From: Bilabrum cf. latius
Lineage: Eukaryota
NCBI GenBank assembly: GCA_965178125.1
Contig: OZ237752.1
Location: 1 to 64,000, forward strand
Length of the DNA stretch: 64,000 bases
Direction: 5' to 3'
This document shows positions 48,444 through 60,412 of the stretch, piece after piece (positions within the stretch are counted from its first letter, which is position 1; each line of letters starts with the position of its first letter). Position numbers and translations under genes: made by a program. The notes beneath the pieces were generated by a model, which saw only the letters and a program-made list of their open reading frames with translations, searched no databases and was not told the DNA's origin.

Positions 48444-51400
48444 TCATACCCTCGATGCGGCCTAGAAGCCTGGTTTGCCTTTGCTTGGGGTAGATGTGCT
48501 GCTGCCTGCCGCGGCTGCATTCCCCTCCGGAGCGCTCGCCGAGTTGGTGGCCGGCGTGCTGGCCTTGCTCGCGTCTTCCTTGGATTGGTCCCCCACTGCC
48601 AGCTTGAACGTTGTCGCCAAGGAGAACAGCGGCAGCTCGGTCCACGCGTCCCCCCAGGACTTCCCGTCCAGCACGCCCCGGATCAGCAGGAACCAGATGT
48701 ACCTGTAGGCCGCGTCCAGCACGATGAGCGCGGTCACGACAAAGGACAGGATGGCCAGCAGACCCCAGGCATCCCTGGCTTGGTTGTTCAGCGCCTGCAC
48801 CACCAGCTCGGGCATGGACTCGAACACGAGCTCGCTCACGAGCATCTGCTTGAATGCCACGGGCAGCAGAGCGCTGGCAGCGACAGCAGCTCCCGCAGTT
48901 GCAGCCCCGTCTGCCTCGTCCGGGATCTTTGCCTCCAGGTCTAGAGTCCACACCTTGATCCACACAGCCTGCACCGGGCGCAGGGCCAGCAGTCTGGTGG
49001 CATACAGCAGCATGCCCGTCGCCACGACAAGCCCCAGCGCCAGCACGCTGCCCACGAGGAAGAGCACCAGTGCCAGCAGGGACAGGGCCCAGTACAGGGG
49101 CTGCAGCACGAGCACCAGGAGAAACTTGCCCAGCGAGTCGTTCTCTTCGAAGGGAAGCAGCCAGGGGCTGGAGGACGTTGCCTTATTCCAGGCCTCCACG
49201 CCCATCATGTCCCCGATGGCGCCCCTCAGGAGGCCCATGCCGATGGGAAGGGCGAATAGCAGCCGTAGGCCACCAGGAATGCCAGCACCAGCACGAAGAG
49301 CAGGACCAGGAACGCGCCCGAGAGAGCTACAAGCAAGACCATGTACACGGCCTGTAAACCCAGGCCCACGAGACACAGCGCCAAGCTGATGCAGCCCATT
49401 ACGAGAAAGAATGGGAAGAGGCAGACGAACGCTAGCAGCCACACGATCATGGTCTCACAAGGCCCGTCTCCCTCCAGGTCCTCTGCCACGCTCTCTGCAG
49501 AAGAGGCTACAAACGCCGGAGACAAGAAAGCGTCATCCTCCCCGATCCACTCTCCCAGCATCCCAAGCGGCGCGAACAGCACCTCCGAGTCGGTCAGGCC
49601 CTCCCACATGCCGGCAATCAGCTCGAAGGCGGCGTCGAATGGATCCCAACCGAGGATTGATTCCAGATCAGACCACTCCTTTCCCAGCGCCAGAGTCTGT
49701 CCCTCCTCCAGCCCCCGCGGCAGCAGCATCACCAGGGCAGGGTCTCCCTTGAGCGTGATCAGGAACGGCAGCACGGGCACGATCGCAAGAGACGCAAAGC
49801 TCGCCCAGAACAGTGTCTCGCTGTGGTACTCCTCCGTGAACGTGTACAGCACGTCCGTCGCCAGGTCGGCGAAGGCGATGCCAACCAGCACGAACGAGTC
49901 CAGGTCAGCTCCGGCCAGCAGCAGCCCCAGCATCATGATGGCCCCTGGGATGGCGATCCCGATCCCGACGGTCAGCTCGTCCCACTTGGGCCCCGGGGTG
50001 CAGATCTTCACGCCCGTGCTGCTCTCGATCACATTGCCAGTGAAGTCATCGATCTCGCGCTCCGTGATCTGGGTGCGCACCAGGCCCCACGGGAAAGGGC
50101 AGGACGTGCAGTTGTACCGCGAAAACCCATCGCATCGCTGGCAGGACTCGTGGCATGGAAAGCACACGCGATCCAGCTGGGAGGCAGGAGGGTGCAGAGG
50201 ATAGCGACCGTCGGCCCACGCCTGAATCTCGGCACCAGTGGCGGACACCGCAACAGGCTTACTCCCGGCAGCATCGTCGTCATCGTCACCTCCATCATCG
50301 GCGGCATCCTGCGAGCCGGTTCCGTCAGCCAGTCCCCAGCTCACCAGCGCGTCCTGCAGCTCCTCGAGCCAAGAAGGCGAGCTCGCAGATCGGGGCTGCA
50401 GCACTGGCAGCTCCTCGATGGGCGTGCCTGTCTGCTCGTGGAGGAACTGCGCCGCTGATGCCCGATCGACGCCAAACATGCCATCGCCGCAGGCGCGGCA
50501 GGCCCGGTCTCCGTACAGCGTGGGCCCTCGTGCCTCCTCGCTGTCTCCGGTGCACACCGTGGGCGCACTGCACTGCGGCTCGGCTAGCGCACCTCCCGTG
50601 TAGTACGCGACAGACGCATCCTCGCCGCATGCTGCCGTGGAGCGATAGTCCAGGCCGATGCCTGCCTTCGACAGCAGGAGCGCGCCGACTCTTTCGGCCT
50701 GGGGGAGCGAGGCAGACCCCAGCGGCTGCACTGGGAGCTTGTAGTCGCCATGTAGGACCAGGCTGTGGTTGACCCGAGTGGCCGTTGCGTTGACCAGACT
50801 CGGGTCTGCATCCGCCGCCATGGTGTCTCGTCGCACGGCGGCTCTGAGCAGCTCGTAGGTCTCGGTGGAGCGCTTGAATCGGATCTTGCCGATAGAGACG
50901 TCCAAGGTGCTGTCGCTGCTCGCCGTGTCGGACGACTGGCTGGTCGACGTGTGGTCCAGCGCGTAGCCAGCCAGAATAACGCCCGACGGGGAGGACAGAT
51001 CCGGCGACATGGACACGAGCAGGTCGCTGTAGGCCGTGACGGAGTCGGATGCGGCGGAGGTCTGCTGCCGCTGCGGCGAGGCGATGCCGAATTGGCCGAT
51101 GGTTGCATGGATTGCGCCGTGCCTGGACCGCACAAGCTGCGGCACAGTGCCTCCGAACCGGTCTGCCACGGACGCCCCTGCGCCCTGCCCGAGTCTTCGC
51201 ATCGCCTCTGCGCGGATCCAGACCATGGATAGTGCCGACAGGGAGCCTGTCGCACGATCCATGACCCAGAGGTAGGTCTGCGAAGCGTCCAGCGTCATGT
51301 CAACCAGGCCTCTCGGCGAGTCCAGCACGCCCACGGCGGCCCAGACCCACCCACCGCCCTCACTGGGCTGGTGCCCCGCCACGAGGACAGTCTTGGTCCG

Positions 51401-52795
51401 GCGACACACGTCCTCGACGGCCTGACCCCCGCCAGTGGTCCCCCAGATCATGTCTTCGTCGTAGTGCAGCGTGGTCAGGACCAGCGGGCTGGCCCGCATG
51501 CCTCCATCCCCCCCAGTGCCCTCGAACGCGTACAGAGACACGGGGCCGAAGCCCGAGGGCTTGCCCAGCCCCAGCCCAGGGGCCAGCGCGCTGCACCTGG
51601 CCCTCGCCGCCAGCGGACTGAGCTGGTCCTGCCCCGCCACCGCCCTCTCTTCAAGGACGGCCATCCTGTCGAGCAGAGGGGCGTCAGCGGGCAGCTGCAC
51701 AGGGAGATAGCTCCCGTTCTGGGCGGGCCGGGCGTGGTCAATGTCCTCGCTGTGGGCGGCAAGATCCACAGACCCCGCCGCGTCCACCACGGTGGTTGGG
51801 TTCACCTGCCACCGCAGGGACTCCTCGGGAGCGGCTGCCTCCGCTAGTCCATCGAGGAAGAACGGGTCCTGGGACTCGGTGCCCACCACGCGCATGAGCC
51901 AGAGGCTGGGCGGGTAGGAAAATCCCATGGCCACCATGGTGCTGCCCCGGAGGCTCTCTGCGGCCTCGGTCTCGAGCGGAAGGGCGGCCATGCGGCTCAC
52001 GCGGCCCAGCGCAGTCAGGTCGGAGCCGGGTCCAAGCACCCCGCGCAGGGCGGCGGGCTCCAATACAGCCGTCATGGAGCCGCGAGCAGGGCTCAAATTG
52101 TCTGGTCTGGATACCTGGGACCACGCTGCGGCATCATCCTGCAGCTGCTCGTGGACAGCGAACACGGCAGAGCGCATGGCGCTGTTCCCGTGCCTGGCCC
52201 ATTGCACGCGAGCCAGGCCGGGCGCAATGCTGCTGCCACGGATTCCCACAGCGTGGACAGGCAGCAGAGTGGCTCCTGTTATTGCGTCGAACAGGATGGG
52301 CACCGGCGGCAGGACGGACGCCCAGCGCAGCGGAGTCTGGGGATCGCTGAGCGATGCAACAACCCTCGCAAAGTTGCTGCCTGCCCTGGCGTCGAAAAAG
52401 CCCTTGGTAATGCTCCACGCCTCAGCATGGATAGGGTTTAAGTCCTCTCCAAAGGAGAAAACACGCAGAGCGCCGCGAATCGCATCTGCTGGCAGGCTCT
52501 CCAGCGAGCCCGAATCGGCTGCAGCAGCATTCACGTCCAGAGGGCTCGTATACATAAATGCCGCGTCCTATGGGAGGGCCAGCACGCACGATTGCGTATC
52601 TGATGCAATGCCATCCACCGGCTGCAGGGCTGCAGGAACAGAACTATTCGAGCTCGATGAGCAGAGGAGACCGTCGACATCTGCTGAGTCGGTCGATCTT
52701 TGAATCCAGGCATCTAGTCTATCAAGAGCACCATGTACACCATTGGATGCAAACACAATTAGTGTAAAATAATATACGGCCATCGTCGGCGACAT
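48444..52795 (-). CDS. Large type-I/multipass membrane protein with furin-like Cys repeats; apparent 1-nt frameshift near 49263
   Basis: Signal peptide, long ectodomain, CFPCHESCQRCDG...CTSC, then many TM segments and ELVFESMPELVVQALNN. TAG at 52568 and 48462. The frame switches within GCC TAC GG CTG CTA. Ends TGA. Confidence 0.7.
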
Positions 52796-53000
52796 GCACT
52801 CCCCCACGCGCAAGATATGGGTCGCAGGCGCCCATCAGCTGTACACACAACTTGGTCGCATTTGGAGCCTCTGATGAGTGGAGACTGGCAGTTGATGGGC
52901 CCAAGGTTGATGGCTTTGTCCCATCACCTACCCACACTTCTCCACAGGAAGCTGCCAAACAAACAATATCTTCATTATATCATCGATCCCGATTCAGCCC

Positions 53001-54341
53001 TCACTCACCAACCTTCCCTTCTGCTGCTGAGCCTCCCTCGGCACCGCCAGCTGCCTCGGCTGCCTTCCTCCTGGCCTCCCCTGCCTCGGCTGCCTTCCTC
53101 CTGGCCTCCCCTGCCTCGCGGTCTGACTCATCGTCCCACAGGTCCTTCCAGTCCTGGCCTTCCACCGTGAATTCAATGTCCCCGTTCGCCAGCCGCTGGT
53201 GGTAGTCCAGCCCCCGCAAGCTCTCCATGTCCTCCTCGCCCAGCTCGAAATCGAACACCCGCAGGTTCTCCTCGATCCTAGACGGGTTCACGCTCTTGGG
53301 GATCGCAACTGTACCGTCCTGCACCGCCCACCGCAGCAGCACCTGCGCGGGAGACCTCCCGAGCCGAGCCGCGATGTCCTTGATCACGGGGTGGGCCATG
53401 GGCACCGGGTCACCCTCGTTGATGAACCGGGCGGGGCGGTCCGGGGAGCCCAGCGGGCAGAAACCCGTGAGCACGATGTTGTGCTCGTCACAGAATGCCT
53501 TGAGTGTGGGCTGCTGCAGGAAAGGGTGCCTCTCCACCTGGTTCACGGCGGGGAGCACCTTGAGCGGCTCGTCCGGCCCTCCCCCCTCCAGCAGAGCGGC
53601 GAGCTTCTTGGAGGTCATGTTGGAGCAACCGATGTGACGAGTGAGTCCCTTGTCCACGGCCTGCTCCAAGTCCCTCCACACGGCCAGGTAGCTCTCGGGC
53701 GAGTAGCCCAGCCGCTCCGACTTGGGCGGCGGGAAGCTCGAGGGGTCTTGCTTCCAGAAATAGGGCCAGTGGATCAGGACCAGGTCCAAGTACTCCACGC
53801 CGAGATCCTTGAGCGTGTCTTGGATCCTCGGAATGACGAGGCCCGGGTGGCACAAGTGCACGAACACCTTTGAGGTGAGGAAGAGGTCCTCCCGCTTGAC
53901 CACGCCGCGCTCGAACAGGTCCTTCAGGGCTTCTCCAACCTCCTTCTCATTCCCATACGCGTGCGCGAGATCCAAATGCCGGTATCCAGCCACCTCGATT
54001 GCGTGCTTCACAGCCGCGGCGACCTTGCCAGTCTCGCTCTTCCACGTGCTGCGACTCGGAGGGAAAGATCGTGTGGGCGCCGGTGGGATGATGGCTGCCA
54101 TGCTGGACAAAGCGCTCGCATCGTGATGGACGTTCAAACCAAACCAAAGAACCCTAAATTACTAATTTTGATGTTCGAGGTTCTTCCTATCTGCTGTTCG
54201 GCCGTCTGGCCGACACAGGTTGAACCGACGTTGAGCTCACCCTAGCCCGATCTGCGGCATAAGCGCTCCAGTATACAGCTTTAGCGATGCTGATTTATGC
54301 GCTTTGGTCCTGGGCTCTTCAGCATCGCCAACTCCAGCCAT
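53001..54341 (-). CDS. Aldo-keto reductase (cytosolic type)
   Basis: MPQIGLG|TW, GYRHLDLA..YGNE, DLVLIHWP, IGCSN, SPAQVLLRW, IPKS. Intron 54049-54240. Ends TGA. Confidence 0.95.
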
Positions 54342-54467
54342 ACTAGCAATATGACGCGTCGGAAGCGCACAGTTGCACCTGGATCGACCAAAATCCGGAG
54401 CATATTTGTATCAATCCGAGACACAGGTGGTATGGTTTACCCTATTGATCGTGCCAATTGATTGATA

Positions 54468-56006
54468 ATGACATCATCTATACGATCTGCTGCAGAAGCC
54501 CTACGCTTGGATACCCCAACGGCAGATCTGGCGGAAGTCCCCAGGGTAGCGGGCCAGCTATTTGCTGGGAATGATGAAAAGCATGATGCTGAGCTGGTCG
54601 ACTTCGTAACTGCAGCAGTAGATGGGTCGAAGTTGGTGCATGGAGTAGGTCCGTGGACAAAACTGCGTGCATCAACGAGGAACTGGTGCTTTCGTATGCC
54701 ATCAGCGCTGGTGAGGCGATCCCTTCGTCTTGGGGACGAACAGTTGAGCATGAGCGCTGGAGACGTCAAGAATCTTGCATCTGCAGCTTTTCTTCTATTT
54801 CCTACTGTCGATGGAAGGCCAGCCACGTCGACGGCCTCGCTCAGATTCGAATCCGTGCTGGGCCGAGTAGCTCCAGAATTTCGGACTACAGTCCTAAACG
54901 CATATGTTGATGTATCGCGTGGTCATAAGGGGCTAGGATACGATCCGTGGTGTGATTTCAGTCGACAGGGAGCAGCGATGCCTGGCGCCCCGGCCTCCGC
55001 GCGGCTCAAGCCGAGCATCGCCACCACTGCCAGTGGTGGCACTGCCAGTGGTGGCACTGCCAGTGACAGTGGTGCAGCTGCTGCAGCAAAGGCAGCGCCG
55101 CAAGACGCCATGCGTACCGCGAATCAATCAAGCGTCCTAATCACTAGGCATACACCCTAGACGCTGGCTCGCTGGGCGCACGGGTCCTGCATCAGAGAGG
55201 AAGCCGGGGAGAGCGAGGCGGCCTGGCTGCCCCTTGCCCGCGGTGTGCTGGTGCTGCGGGGTGTGACGAGGGACGTGCGCGATGGTCCCAGAGCAAGACC
55301 TACAGATGCTGAATACCCACCTTCTAGCGGCTGTGTGACGAGTGCTCCCTCTCTCCCTCGCACAGTGGCCCGCGACATGGCGGGAATGCTGTGCCCTGGT
55401 CTGCACTTCTCAGACATGCTCGGGGACAGGGCCAAGGAACGGGCCGGGGACAGACCGACAGCACCGACAGCACCACGCACCAGTGCTGTTTCGACCAGCG
55501 GAGCGGCATCCTCTGAATTACCCTTGCCCTCTACTTCATCGGTCTCTGAACCAGCATTGCCTGCGGCCCCATCGGTTGCACCGCCCTGGATGGTCCAAGC
55601 GAGGGCCGGCGCAGCTCGACAGGTGGCCCGGCTGGCGAGGAGGATGTGCTGCTGCACCGCATCATCTGGGGTACAGATTGGGGCTGTGGGTGACTCGCAA
55701 GGTGTTGCACAGCGCGGGAAAGAGGCTGGGAGTGAGCCGACAAGACTGCCCGTCCACGTGGTGGTGCACCACATGGTGGTGCATGGGACGATGGGGCTAG
55801 ATTGCAGGGGACAGCCACTGTCGCAGGGTGCATCGCACGACAGTGATGAGGTCGATCCGTGGGGAGACTCCGGTGCGTGGGAGGACTCGGAGGCCTGCCA
55901 ATGCTGCTCGCTGTGCCGTTGGGCCAAGAGCAGGGAGCCCTGCCCGGCAGGCCCTGGCCCGGGCGCACCCCCTCCATCTAGTAAGCGTGGAGAGGAGGAG
56001 CCTTGA
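54468..56006 (+). CDS. Hypothetical protein (about 512 aa)
   Basis: Two same-frame ORFs joined through the TAG at 55158. Fills the space between neighbouring genes; no family recognised. Ends TGA. Confidence 0.5.
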
Positions 56007-56254
56007 TGGCACTGCAAATCTCTGCGATCGGTGCATTTGTAGTCGATCGCTGCTCTGCGGATGTCGATTATCTTCCTCCCTCCTGGGCCTCACCTCATGT
56101 GCCCGAGCGTGGGATCGTACGTGATGCGGATGCAGGATGGATGCCGACGCAATTTGCGCTCTCGTCACACCACACAGAAGACAAATATTTTCTCATTGCA
56201 GCATAGATCTAGCTCAGCAAGATCCCTCCAACCACGTCGGAAGAAGATTTTGAA

Positions 56255-56989
56255 ATGAACGAATTTGGTGGCCCGGCTTGGGGGGCAGCGCAGTACCGCC
56301 GGGTACCACCACCTGGAAAAGCACTTGCAGCGCGGCAGCAGCGACGGGGCGCAAATCCCCACTTTCCGGCTCCTGCGCCAGCTCCTGCCCCTGGGAAGCA
56401 AAAAAAATCAGATATTGAAGGGAAAGTTAAGGTAGGGTCCGCATCTCTCGTCGCGTACGAAGCACCACCGATTGACGTCGAGAAGGAGCTGTTTCCGTAT
56501 GCAATCACCTGGACGCCGATACCGATGATTACCTGGTGTTTCCCATGCATTGGCCACATGGGTATCTGCGATTCGGATGGCGTGGTGTACGATTTTGCCG
56601 GGCCTTTCTACATCGGAGCCGACCACATGGCGTTTGGTCGCCCCACTCGCTACCTCCAGCTGGACCCCCACAAGATGGCGAATCGGCTGGCGGACTCTGA
56701 CACGTCGCCGGCCGAGTACTGGAATGCCATGGTGCACGCAGCCAACAAGACGTACTCGGGCCGCATGCATAACCTATGCTGCGACAACTGCCATTCCCAC
56801 GTGGCCCTGGCTCTGAACCGAGGCAAGTACGACGGGCTGACGGGGTGGAACATGGTCTGGCTCGCCATGTGGGTGTTCTTCTGCGGGCAGCACGTCACGT
56901 GCTGCAGGACAGTGGCGTGGTGGGCGCCCTTTTTGATCATCGCAGGCATCGCCATGGCCATCGTGTTCGCCTCGCAGCCGCCCGGATGA
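56255..56989 (+). CDS. TMEM222: TMEM222/RTE1-like protein
   Basis: FPYAITWTPIP..TW.FP.IGHMGIC...DFAGP...MAFG.PTRY...HNLCCDNCHSHVA.ALN. Ends TGA. Confidence 0.93.
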   Translation: MNEFGGPAWGAAQYRRVPPPGKALAARQQRRGANPHFPAPAPAPAPGKQKKSDIEGKVKVGSASLVAYEAPPIDVEKELFPYAITWTPIPMITWCFPCIGHMGICDSDGVVYDFAGPFYIGADHMAFGRPTRYLQLDPHKMANRLADSDTSPAEYWNAMVHAANKTYSGRMHNLCCDNCHSHVALALNRGKYDGLTGWNMVWLAMWVFFCGQHVTCCRTVAWWAPFLIIAGIAMAIVFASQPPG

Positions 56990-57200
56990 TGGAGAACTCC
57001 GTGGGTTGACTGATGACATGCGTGTATTCCATTTCGATATTTCGCACCAGGCCCTGCTGTGCGGAGCAGCGCCATGCAAACTAGCAAAATCACCAGCCAG
57101 CGACCGTAGTAGGCGCCGCGCACCGTGACCGCTGCCTTCTGCGGCGGAACCTTGGTCGAGATTCAGCTTTTGTTCGGTATTTGCAGCCAACGCAACCGCA

Positions 57201-59720
57201 ATGATATTTGTCAGTCCTTTCATCATGTTGGCAAGTGCTGTACTTGCATTGGATCCGCCAGCCAAACCCAATTTCTTGTGAGAGTCGTCCCACCGCAATG
57301 CCTTTTCGGTTCTGTCCAATGTATCTATCTGCCTGAGCCGGCAGGAACGACTGTGAATCTCTTCAGCTGATAGTGCATAATCGGTCGTCTGTCACAGGTT
57401 TCTGATGGTTGATGACTTGCGCGTGGACCTCCCGAAGTACCAGACCAGCGCGCCGATCTTTGCGCCTCATTTCAAGCGCTTTGCCGAGCAAAGCGCAACA
57501 TTCCGGCGCGCTTACACAAATCAGGCCGTGTGCTCACCGTCTAGAAACTCGTTGCTGACCGGTTTGCGCCCGAACAGCACGGGAGCCATCTAGTTCATCG
57601 ACCACGCGAAAGCGCCTGTTTGCCTGCCAACAGAGGGGCGGACGAACTACTTTGGGAACGATTTACGGCAGTTCAACTGGCCAAAATCGATGGGAGCCTC
57701 ATCTGCATGCTGTGATGCGTGCACCAGGGATCCACAGTGCTCTTTCTGGACGTACAACTACGACAAGCAGGTGTGCTTCCTCAAGACGAGCGACTCGGGC
57801 CGCAAGCCCCAGAACAACACGGTATCGGGGCCCTCAGGACGAGCAGTTCCCACGGTGTCACTCCCCCAGTACCTCAAGGAGCACGGGCAGTACCTGTCCC
57901 TGGGCACCGGCAAGATCTGGCACCCGGTGAGGACGGTCCCGTCTCCTGCCCATCAAGCCCTGTGCCACATGCCCACGATGTCGGACCACCGCCTTTCGTC
58001 CTCCCTCTCATATCATTTTCTTCCTTTTCCTCCCATCTCCACCCCCTCCGCATCCCACTACCCATCCCATTCCCCACCCCTATCCACCGCGCAGGAGGAG
58101 GGCGGTTTGGACGGTCCTGGCCTGGTCCCCAACATGGACCCTCCGTCCTGGACCAACGCGAGCATTCAGTACCCCGCGAGGCTCAACGAGACGGGCGAGA
58201 CCTGTCCATTCGGAGAGGGCTTCACCAACTGCTACTTCATCCCCCCCATGCCCGGTTGTCTTAAGGGGGGCACCAACGCGAGCCATGGCGTGGTCTGGGC
58301 AGACGAGATCCAGCGAGCGTGCGGGATGAACGCCTCGCTGGACGGGAGCACGGACCCTCCCAACCAGCTCCTGTTCGCGGACCGATCCATCGCGCTGGAC
58401 GCCCGCCGCAAGATGCAGTACGCGAAGCACAATCTCGACAGCACGGGACAGCCCTTCTTCCTCGCCGTTGGGTTCCGCAAGCCGCACCTGCCCTTCCGCA
58501 CCCCGTGGGAGTGGCTCAACACCTCGTATCCAGACTGGGAGAAGCTGCCACTGGCCCAGCAGCGCGTGCTGCCGCCTGACGTCCCCCCCATCTCCCACCA
58601 CGACAACCGCTGGAAGGACGCATCCTCGCTCACAGAGCCCATGCCCAACGCCACCGCGAGGCTACTGCGGGCTGCCTACTACTCGGCGATTTCGTGGATG
58701 GACTCGCGTCTCGGCCAGGTGTTGGATGACCTCCGGGACATGGGGCTGGAGAACAACACGGTGGTGACCCTCGTGGCGGACCACGGGTGGAACCTGGGTC
58801 ACCAGGCAGCGTGGCGGAAGTTCGCGTTGAACGAGAACGCCGTGCGGGTGCCCTTCCTGGTGCGTGTGCCCTGGCTGCAGGGCGCCTCCCGAGGTGCCAT
58901 GCTGGAGTCCATCGTCGAGCTGGTGGACCTGTTCCCCACGGTGGTGGACCTGGCGGGTTTGCCCATGCCCAGTCGCGCCCACGGGCAGCAGAACTTGGAC
59001 GGGCAGTCCGTCGTGCCGCTGCTGATGGCGGCGGGGAACTAGAAGGGGAGTGGGCGAGGGGGCGAATTGAAGCACCGCAACGGGGATACTACTTAGTCAC
59101 CCGCGGAGCAGCCAGTCGCTGGTGGCGACAATCGTCATGGTGACGGCGGTGCGGCTGGTGGTGCAGCCCGGCCTGACCCGTGGGACCCTGCGGGTGGAAA
59201 GGGGTACGCCCTCAGCGTGTATCCCCGGTGCCCTGCGGACCCGGTTCCCTCGCACGACCACCTGTGGCAGGACAACTGGTGCGAGTTCTACGACAGGACG
59301 GTTGTTCCCTACCTTGGCTACTCGCTGCGAGTGCCCGGGTGGAGGTACACGTACTGGTGCGCGGTGCGGTGGAACGGGACTGCCCTGCTGCCCGCGTGGG
59401 GTGAGGGCGCGCTGCCACGGGATTCCTTCGGGTATGAGGAGCCGTGGGTGCCCGAGGGCGGCTGGGATGCGGTGCGGGAGGGCGCGGGGCTCGGGCTGGA
59501 AGAGCACGAGCTGTGGCGCTCGTTGCAGGCCGGCATGCGGGGAGACGCGTGCATCGGCGAGGAGCTGTACGACCACGGGGGCGCTTCTGGTGGATCGGAT
59601 GATCGGGAGGAGGACCTTGACTCGATCGAGGGGGAGAACCTGGCGGACCAGCGGCCGGACATCGTCGCGCAGTTGAGGCTCAGGCTGCAGGAGCTGTTCT
59701 AGGGCGGGTGGCTGCAGTGA
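57201..59720 (+). CDS. Iduronate-2-sulfatase-like sulfatase with inserted PAN/apple domain
   Basis: PNFLFLMVDDLR, FGly motif CSPSRNSLLTG, GKIWH, VGFRKPHLPF, ADHGW, RVPFL, ELVDLFPT, GYSLR..WRYT.W. Introns 57278-57397 and 57927-58094. TAG at 57591, 59040, 59094 and 59700. Ends TGA. Confidence 0.92.
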
Positions 59721-60412
59721 ATCTGCGTTTTGATCTTGTCCAAATCCTTGTGATTTTTAAATATGCTAGATCTATAATTTTCTCGATCGCCCAGCCTTGC
59801 CCTAGGCTGGTACCACTCACCCCACGTCCACTAGACCCCCGTACTCGCCCTGTTGTTCCGCACGGTGGAAATCCTGGCCATTGGTATGCCGTTCATCCGT
59901 GCAACGCGCCGCGCTACGTGGCTAGCAGTGCTTCACCGGACGTCGAATGAGCCTGAGGTGCCCGGCTGCTGGCCAGATAGCAGGTCGACGCGCCGTTTCA
60001 AGAGCCAAGCAAATCGGATCTAAAAGAATGCATTAGTCGCGGGCGGATCTGGATGGTAGGCATCACATTGCATGCCTGTGGTGTGGTGTTGCATGGTGTG
60101 GTGTGGTAAAAATCAACTTGAAGTTCACCACCTCACTTGGCAGTCACAGTTGAAGGCCTCAGTTATTTGGCTACCACCGAGTAGCTATTGCTTAAAGTAG
60201 CGTCTCGAGGCTAAAAAAATAACGATCTATAGCGGTTTCGAAGCTTGCAACGCATAGTGCCGCCGTAAACAATACAGTCTGGCCCAGCAGCTTACCACTG
60301 TTCGCTGCCGCATCGTAGGTGAGACAAGCCCGAGGACCACTCGCTTCTAAGAACTTCAGCGTCACCAGACGAGAACAATATTGACATTCAGGCGTCGAGA
60401 GGTGCATCACGC

